From: Acidobacteriota bacterium | Lineage (GTDB): Bacteria; Acidobacteriota; Blastocatellia; Pyrinomonadales; Pyrinomonadaceae | Direction: 5' to 3' | DNA length: 19,997 bases | NCBI GenBank assembly: GCA_039931335.1 | Contig: JBDTSA010000002.1 | Coordinates: 1-19,997, forward strand | Shown: positions 15,916 through 19,997 of the stretch, in pieces | Numbering within the stretch: the first letter of the stretch is position 1 | Layout: every line of letters begins with the position of its first letter | Notes under the pieces: generated by a model | What the model saw: the letters and a program-made list of their open reading frames with translations, nothing else | What the model was told of the DNA's origin: nothing | The model's database searches: none | Made by a program: the position numbers and the translations under genes

Positions 15916-16179
15916 AGCAAAAACCTCGTGAGTACAATTTATTCCCAATCTTGGATGCCTTGATTATAGCTTTTCGATCCGGGTTTTTTAAATTTCGTTG
16001 TTCTGACGGCAATGGATCCATTTCATCTGATCGATGTACATCAGTTCTTATCCGTGTTTTTTCCGTGTATTCGGTGGTTCATGGTTTAAAATCTTAACCC
16101 CGGAATACACGGACCCAGCTACTGTTCTGAACATACGGCGATTGATGTACAGCAATCCTGCGCCGTGTTGTCGCGTTCT

Positions 16180-16208
16180 TTGCTTGTAAAATGCAATTTC
16201 GTTAGAAT
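16180..16208 (+). promoter_or_regulatory. Sigma-70-type promoter for the isocitrate dehydrogenase gene
   Basis: TTGCTT (16180-16185), a 17-bp spacer, then TAGAAT (16203-16208), 34 nt upstream of ATG 16242. Confidence 0.45.
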
Positions 16209-16241
16209 CGTTGATTCAGTTTAGCCGCAGATTTTGAAGAT

Positions 16242-17696
16242 ATGTCCAATGTACCTATTACGGTTGCTCATGGCGATGGCATCGGCCCGGAGATCATGGA
16301 TGCGACACTCCATATTTTGAAAGAGGCCGGTGCGCGTCTCGATATCGAGACGATCGATATCGGCGAAAAGGTGTATCTCGCCGGAAATACTGCCGGTATC
16401 GCACCGGAATCGTGGGATTCGCTCCGACGGACGAAAGTATTTCTAAAGGCGCCGATCACGACGCCGCAGGGTGGCGGATTTTCGTCGCTCAACGTCGCCG
16501 TCCGCAAAACTCTTGGGCTCTATGCCAACATCCGTCCGTGTGTCTCGTATTATCCGTTCGTCGACACAAAGCACCCGGTGATGGATGTCGTCATCGTTCG
16601 CGAGAATGAGGAAGACACCTACGCCGGTATCGAGTATCGGCAGACGGATCAGGTCGAGGAATGCCTCAAGCTCATCTCGCGGCCCGGCTCGGAAAAGATC
16701 GTCCGCTATGCGTTCGAGTACGCGAAGAAATTTAATCGCAAGAAGGTCACGTGCTTCATCAAGGACAACATCATGAAGCGCACCGATGGTTTGTTTCATC
16801 GCGTTTTTGAAGAGATCGCACCGGAGTATCCCGATATCGAAGCGGATCACTGGATCGTCGATATCGGCTCGGCAAAGCTTGCCGACACACCCGAGAATTT
16901 CGATGTCATCGTCATGCCAAATCTTTACGGCGATGTTCTTTCGGATGTTGCGGCGCAGATCGCCGGATCAGTCGGTCTCGCGGGTTCGTCCAACATCGGT
17001 GAGAAGGTGGCGATGTTCGAGGCGATCCACGGATCGGCTCCGAGACGGGCGGGACAGAACCTGGCGAACCCTTCAGGTTTGTTCCTCGGTTCGATCCTCA
17101 TGCTCGTGCATATCAATCAGCCGGACATTGCCGAACGAGCTCACAACGCGTGGATGAAGACGATCGAGGACGGCGTGCACACCTACGACATCTACAAGGA
17201 AGGCGTATCGAGTGAAAAGGTCGGAACGCGCGAGTTTGCCGAAGCGGTTGTCGCCCGTCTCGGGCAGAAGCCTGAGACGCTAAAGCCAGTGACATATACG
17301 GCGAACGTCGTCGATGAGAATCCGAAGCCGATCTTTTCGACGCCGACACCGCAGAAAAAAGATCTCGTCGGCGTAGACGTGTTTCTCGATTGGTGGAAGG
17401 GAAGCTTTTATGGCGTCGCTGACGAATTAGGCGCACTTGTCGAGAAAGCAAACGGCGACGGCCTCAAGCTTCTTAACATCGCAAATCGGGGCGTGAAAGT
17501 TTATCCGGGCGGACAGCCCGACACTTTCACCGTCGATCACTGGCGGTGTCGTTTTATCGCCGACGCCGGAGAAGGTTCCGCAGTCGCTCACGCTCAACTG
17601 ATCTCACTGCTGCAGCGGCTTGATGCCGCCGGGCTCGACGTGATCAAGACCGAGAACCTTTATAACTTTGACGCCGTGAAGGGATATTCGGGGTAG
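16242..17696 (+). CDS. icd: Isocitrate dehydrogenase (beta-decarboxylating dehydrogenase family), long ~480-aa form with a C-terminal extra domain
   Basis: The translation MSNVPITVAHGDGIGPEIMDATLHIL...SLNVAVRKTLGLYANIRP...VIVRENEEDTYAGIE...NLYGDVLSDVAAQIAGSVGLAGSSNIG...FEAIHGSAPRRAG has IDH/IPMDH motifs. About 140 extra C-terminal residues follow. Cofactor specificity is not determinable here. Confidence 0.85.
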   Translation: MSNVPITVAHGDGIGPEIMDATLHILKEAGARLDIETIDIGEKVYLAGNTAGIAPESWDSLRRTKVFLKAPITTPQGGGFSSLNVAVRKTLGLYANIRPCVSYYPFVDTKHPVMDVVIVRENEEDTYAGIEYRQTDQVEECLKLISRPGSEKIVRYAFEYAKKFNRKKVTCFIKDNIMKRTDGLFHRVFEEIAPEYPDIEADHWIVDIGSAKLADTPENFDVIVMPNLYGDVLSDVAAQIAGSVGLAGSSNIGEKVAMFEAIHGSAPRRAGQNLANPSGLFLGSILMLVHINQPDIAERAHNAWMKTIEDGVHTYDIYKEGVSSEKVGTREFAEAVVARLGQKPETLKPVTYTANVVDENPKPIFSTPTPQKKDLVGVDVFLDWWKGSFYGVADELGALVEKANGDGLKLLNIANRGVKVYPGGQPDTFTVDHWRCRFIADAGEGSAVAHAQLISLLQRLDAAGLDVIKTENLYNFDAVKGYSG

Positions 17697-17792
17697 CACA
17701 GTTGTCCAGAAGCCGGCGCGTTGGCAACGGCGAAATATTCGATGTCTTCATTTTCGCCCTTGCTTACGCGTGGGATTCTGCATCAGAGAACC

Positions 17793-18449
17793 ATGGGAAT
17801 CTTCGTAAAAAGGCTTTTGACGGTCTCTTCTGTGCTGATCTTTTCCGCGGCGCTCGTGACCGCTCAAACAAAGCCTGCGCCTCGAGAGATCTTCCGCGAT
17901 TCGGATGGCAGTCTCATTTCAAATAACGAGTTCGTCGACATCCGGATGGCGAACTTCAATTATCCGGACGCGACGGTCATCAAGTTCCTCGACGACGGGA
18001 CAAAAGAATTTCGGCTTCAGAAGATTCCACAAGAAGGCATGTCAGCACCGTCGTTCAGCGCTCGAACGATCGACGGCCGGAAAATATCGCTCGCGGCCCT
18101 GCGTGGAAAAGTTGTCGTGCTTAGCTTTTGGTTTATCGGATGCCCGGCCTGCCGGGCAATGAAACCTCAGTTGAACGAATTCAAGAAACGTTTCGCGGGG
18201 AATGACGACGTCGTCTTTCTCGCGATGACGGCCGATCCCGAAAGTGAGGTCGAGAAATTTCTTAAAAAAGAACCGTTCGATTATCTCCATGCCGCGGATG
18301 CTAAAGAGTCCATGTCGCAATTTGCATTCGGCGTTTATCCGAAGAACATTGTCATCGATAAACAGGGCAAGATAGTTTATTGGCGCGGCACGATCAAAGC
18401 GTGGGAAAAATTCGAGACGGTCATCCGCGCTGAGCTTGCAAAGAACTGA
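17793..18449 (+). CDS. TlpA/redoxin-family periplasmic thiol-disulfide oxidoreductase
   Basis: I start it at ATG 17793, which gives the signal peptide MGIFVKRLLTVSSVLIFSAALVTAQ. The thioredoxin-fold region is GKVVVLSFWFIGCPACRAMKPQLNEF (a CxxC motif). The track's TTG 17721 start adds a non-signal-like extension. Confidence 0.8.
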   Translation: MGIFVKRLLTVSSVLIFSAALVTAQTKPAPREIFRDSDGSLISNNEFVDIRMANFNYPDATVIKFLDDGTKEFRLQKIPQEGMSAPSFSARTIDGRKISLAALRGKVVVLSFWFIGCPACRAMKPQLNEFKKRFAGNDDVVFLAMTADPESEVEKFLKKEPFDYLHAADAKESMSQFAFGVYPKNIVIDKQGKIVYWRGTIKAWEKFETVIRAELAKN

Positions 18450-18467
18450 CGTTGGATCGGGAGAACG

Positions 18468-18502
18468 AAAATCCAAAATCCAAAATCCAAAATCCAAAAT
18501 CC
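18468..18502. repeat. Perfect heptamer microsatellite (AAAATCC)x5
   Basis: Five exact tandem copies: 18468-18474, -18481, -18488, -18495 and -18502. This is the reverse complement of the GGATTTT units at 4984-5009. It lies between the redoxin stop (18449) and purE ATG 18519. Confidence 0.95.
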
Positions 18503-18518
18503 GATTGTCTCCCTAATC

Positions 18519-18989
18519 ATGGGGAGTAAGTCCGACTGGCCGACGATGAAGCATGCCGCGGATGTGCTCGATGAATTCCGCGTGCCTTATGAAACCAAGG
18601 TCGTTTCCGCTCACCGCACGCCGGACCTCCTGTTCGAATTTGCAAAGACCGCCGAGTCGCGCGGGATCGAAGTGATCATCGCTGGCGCGGGCGGGGCGGC
18701 GCATCTGCCCGGAATGTGCGCTTCGCAAACGATTTTACCGGTCCTGGGAGTTCCCGTTGAGAGCAGAGCATTGAAGGGGCTGGACTCGCTTCTGTCGATC
18801 GTCCAGATGCCCGCCGGCGTTCCGGTGGGTGCGCTCGCGATAGGCGAGGCCGGAGCAAAAAATGCCGCGTTGCTTGCGATATCAATACTCGCCAATTCAC
18901 GTCCCGCCCTTCGGAAAAAGCTCCACTCCTTTCGCTCGAAACAAACCAGATCTGTTCGACAGGGCGCGAATCCGCGGGGTCGAACATGA
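18519..18989 (+). CDS. purE: 5-(carboxyamino)imidazole ribonucleotide mutase PurE (start codon uncertain, see findings)
   Basis: The translation [10 protein letters not shown]...[39 protein letters not shown]...LGVPV...[22 protein letters not shown] is a canonical class-I PurE. The conserved first beta-strand (IVSLIM) is encoded in frame upstream of the only ATG. Confidence 0.85.
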   Translation: MGSKSDWPTMKHAADVLDEFRVPYETKVVSAHRTPDLLFEFAKTAESRGIEVIIAGAGGAAHLPGMCASQTILPVLGVPVESRALKGLDSLLSIVQMPAGVPVGALAIGEAGAKNAALLAISILANSRPALRKKLHSFRSKQTRSVRQGANPRGRT

Positions 18990-19651
18990 TCAGATCAGGA
19001 TGCTTCATCCTTGTCTGGATATTCTTGCTGACTTTCAGCACCATCGCGCAAGTTAGGGAATACTCCGATCGCGGCGCCGATTTCCTTCCGCTCAAAGACA
19101 TCCGACTTGGTGTGTCCACTATCGAGTACGTCAGTACACGACCGATCTCCGTCGAAGGACAGATACTGAACGCAGCAAAGTACAACATCGTCACAAAGGA
19201 TCCGGTACCGTTTCAGGACGGAGTCGCTCCTTATAACAACGTCGTTAAGGATCTCGACATGCACTATGAGCTCCTCGTCGCGCCGGATGGTCGAAACATA
19301 ATTCACGATACGTTGATCGACGTCTTGAAAGAGATCTGCCACCAGCCGATGGCTCAGAGAGATTTCTCGAACGTCGGCCTCGTCGGTGACGGGAACCGCT
19401 ATCTGATCTATTCAGGCACGGTCGCGACACCAAATTACGTTTGGTTCGACGGCAGGGTTGTGATCGTCCAGTTCGTTCGTTTCGGCGAGCGCCGAAGAGA
19501 CCGCCCGGCAACAACCGAGACCCTCTGGAAAGAAAAGATCCGGTTTTATCCGGCGGGTCAAAAGCTCGTGCTTGCGAAACCGCCTAAATCGTTTGCTCAG
19601 GATTTTCTTAACCGGCTCGCTGCCGGCGAGTTCGCCAGACCTAAGATTTAA
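18986..19651 (+). CDS. Secreted protein of unknown function, start overlapping the purE stop
   Basis: [22 protein letters not shown] is a signal peptide. The ATGA overlap with purE lies at 18986-18989. I recognise no motif. Confidence 0.6.
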   Translation: MIRSGCFILVWIFLLTFSTIAQVREYSDRGADFLPLKDIRLGVSTIEYVSTRPISVEGQILNAAKYNIVTKDPVPFQDGVAPYNNVVKDLDMHYELLVAPDGRNIIHDTLIDVLKEICHQPMAQRDFSNVGLVGDGNRYLIYSGTVATPNYVWFDGRVVIVQFVRFGERRRDRPATTETLWKEKIRFYPAGQKLVLAKPPKSFAQDFLNRLAAGEFARPKI

Positions 19652-19790
19652 TCGTGCTCTGCGTGTCGAGCCGATAAACAAAGGGCCGAAGGTCTCGCAA
19701 AGTTAAAAGTCTTGACAGAACTGAGTTCAAAAAGCTTCAATCTAAGTGGGGCTCCCACTGCCCCGATCCCGCCTCCTGAGGTCATGTCCT

Positions 19791-19997
19791 ATGAACTCGA
19801 TCAAATGTAAGAACTGTGGCTTGAATAATTTCTCCTCGGAAGCGGAATGTCGTCGCTGCGGATTTTCGTTTTCGAAACCGGCGAAACCGAGACGCGAGAA
19901 AAAGCCCCGGAGTTTTTCGCTGTCGACATTACTTATCGTCGCTCTTCTGGGCGGCTTGGCGTACTACGTTTTCGTGGGTACCGAAAACTCGATCGAA
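19791..19997 (+). CDS. Zinc-ribbon-containing membrane protein, 3'-partial (runs off the window)
   Basis: The translation is MNSIKCKNCGLNNFSSEAECRRCGFSF (CxxC..CxxC), then a basic stretch, then the TM-like segment LSTLLIVALLGGLAYYVFVG. A GAGG Shine-Dalgarno lies 9 nt upstream. A possible TTGACA -35 element lies at 19712-19717. Confidence 0.5.
   Translation, partial: MNSIKCKNCGLNNFSSEAECRRCGFSFSKPAKPRREKKPRSFSLSTLLIVALLGGLAYYVFVGTENSIE

Noticed and set aside
16121-16137. TACTGTTCTGAACATAC upstream of icd might be a LexA/SOS box.
   Set aside because: It does not fit CTGT-N8-ACAG (the 3' half reads ACAT, not ACAG) or the Gram-positive GAAC-N4-GTTC arrangement, and icd is not an expected SOS gene. 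It is kept only as a generic palindrome.
1-19997. The window might contain a mobile element, prophage, genomic island or defence system.
   Set aside because: I recognised no transposase, integrase, recombinase, toxin-antitoxin, restriction or cas-like protein. No long terminal inverted repeats or tRNA-flanked boundaries are present. Gene content is core housekeeping plus a few orphan secreted proteins.

Overview
This is an ordinary chromosomal, mostly housekeeping segment from a Gram-negative-type bacterium. The protein sequences look Acidobacteriota-like to me, but that is a guess I cannot verify here.

Plus strand, in order:
- a Trm112/YcaR-like zinc-ribbon protein and a GT9 heptosyltransferase-family gene;
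- the conserved cluster ffh-rpsP-KH(ylqC-like)-rimM-trmD-rplS-rnhB;
- a secreted parallel beta-helix protein.

A long minus-strand run follows (14509 down to 8370): lipoprotein, DUF1015, pdxH, GNAT, secreted alpha/beta hydrolase, HExxH membrane protein, SDR and MBL hydrolase. The last three are joined by ATGA overlaps.

The remainder holds a pterin-4a-carbinolamine dehydratase, an orphan secreted protein, a long-form isocitrate dehydrogenase, a TlpA-like redoxin, purE, another orphan secreted protein and a partial zinc-ribbon membrane protein. A BON-domain lipoprotein gene lies divergent from ffh.

I found no rRNA, tRNA, CRISPR array, transposase, integrase or recognisable defence system.

The gene products do not explain a set of short tandem repeats packed exactly into stop-to-start spacers:
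- a 9-bp repeat array that is its own inverted repeat, between rpsP and the KH gene;
- heptamer arrays in the ffh-rpsP and rimM-trmD spacers;
- (AAAATCC)x5 directly upstream of purE. There the repeat appears to have expanded inside the ancestral 5' coding end and knocked the likely original TTG start out of frame.

A terminator-like hairpin inside the 5' leader of the BON gene is a second candidate regulatory RNA. All functional readings of these elements are inference.
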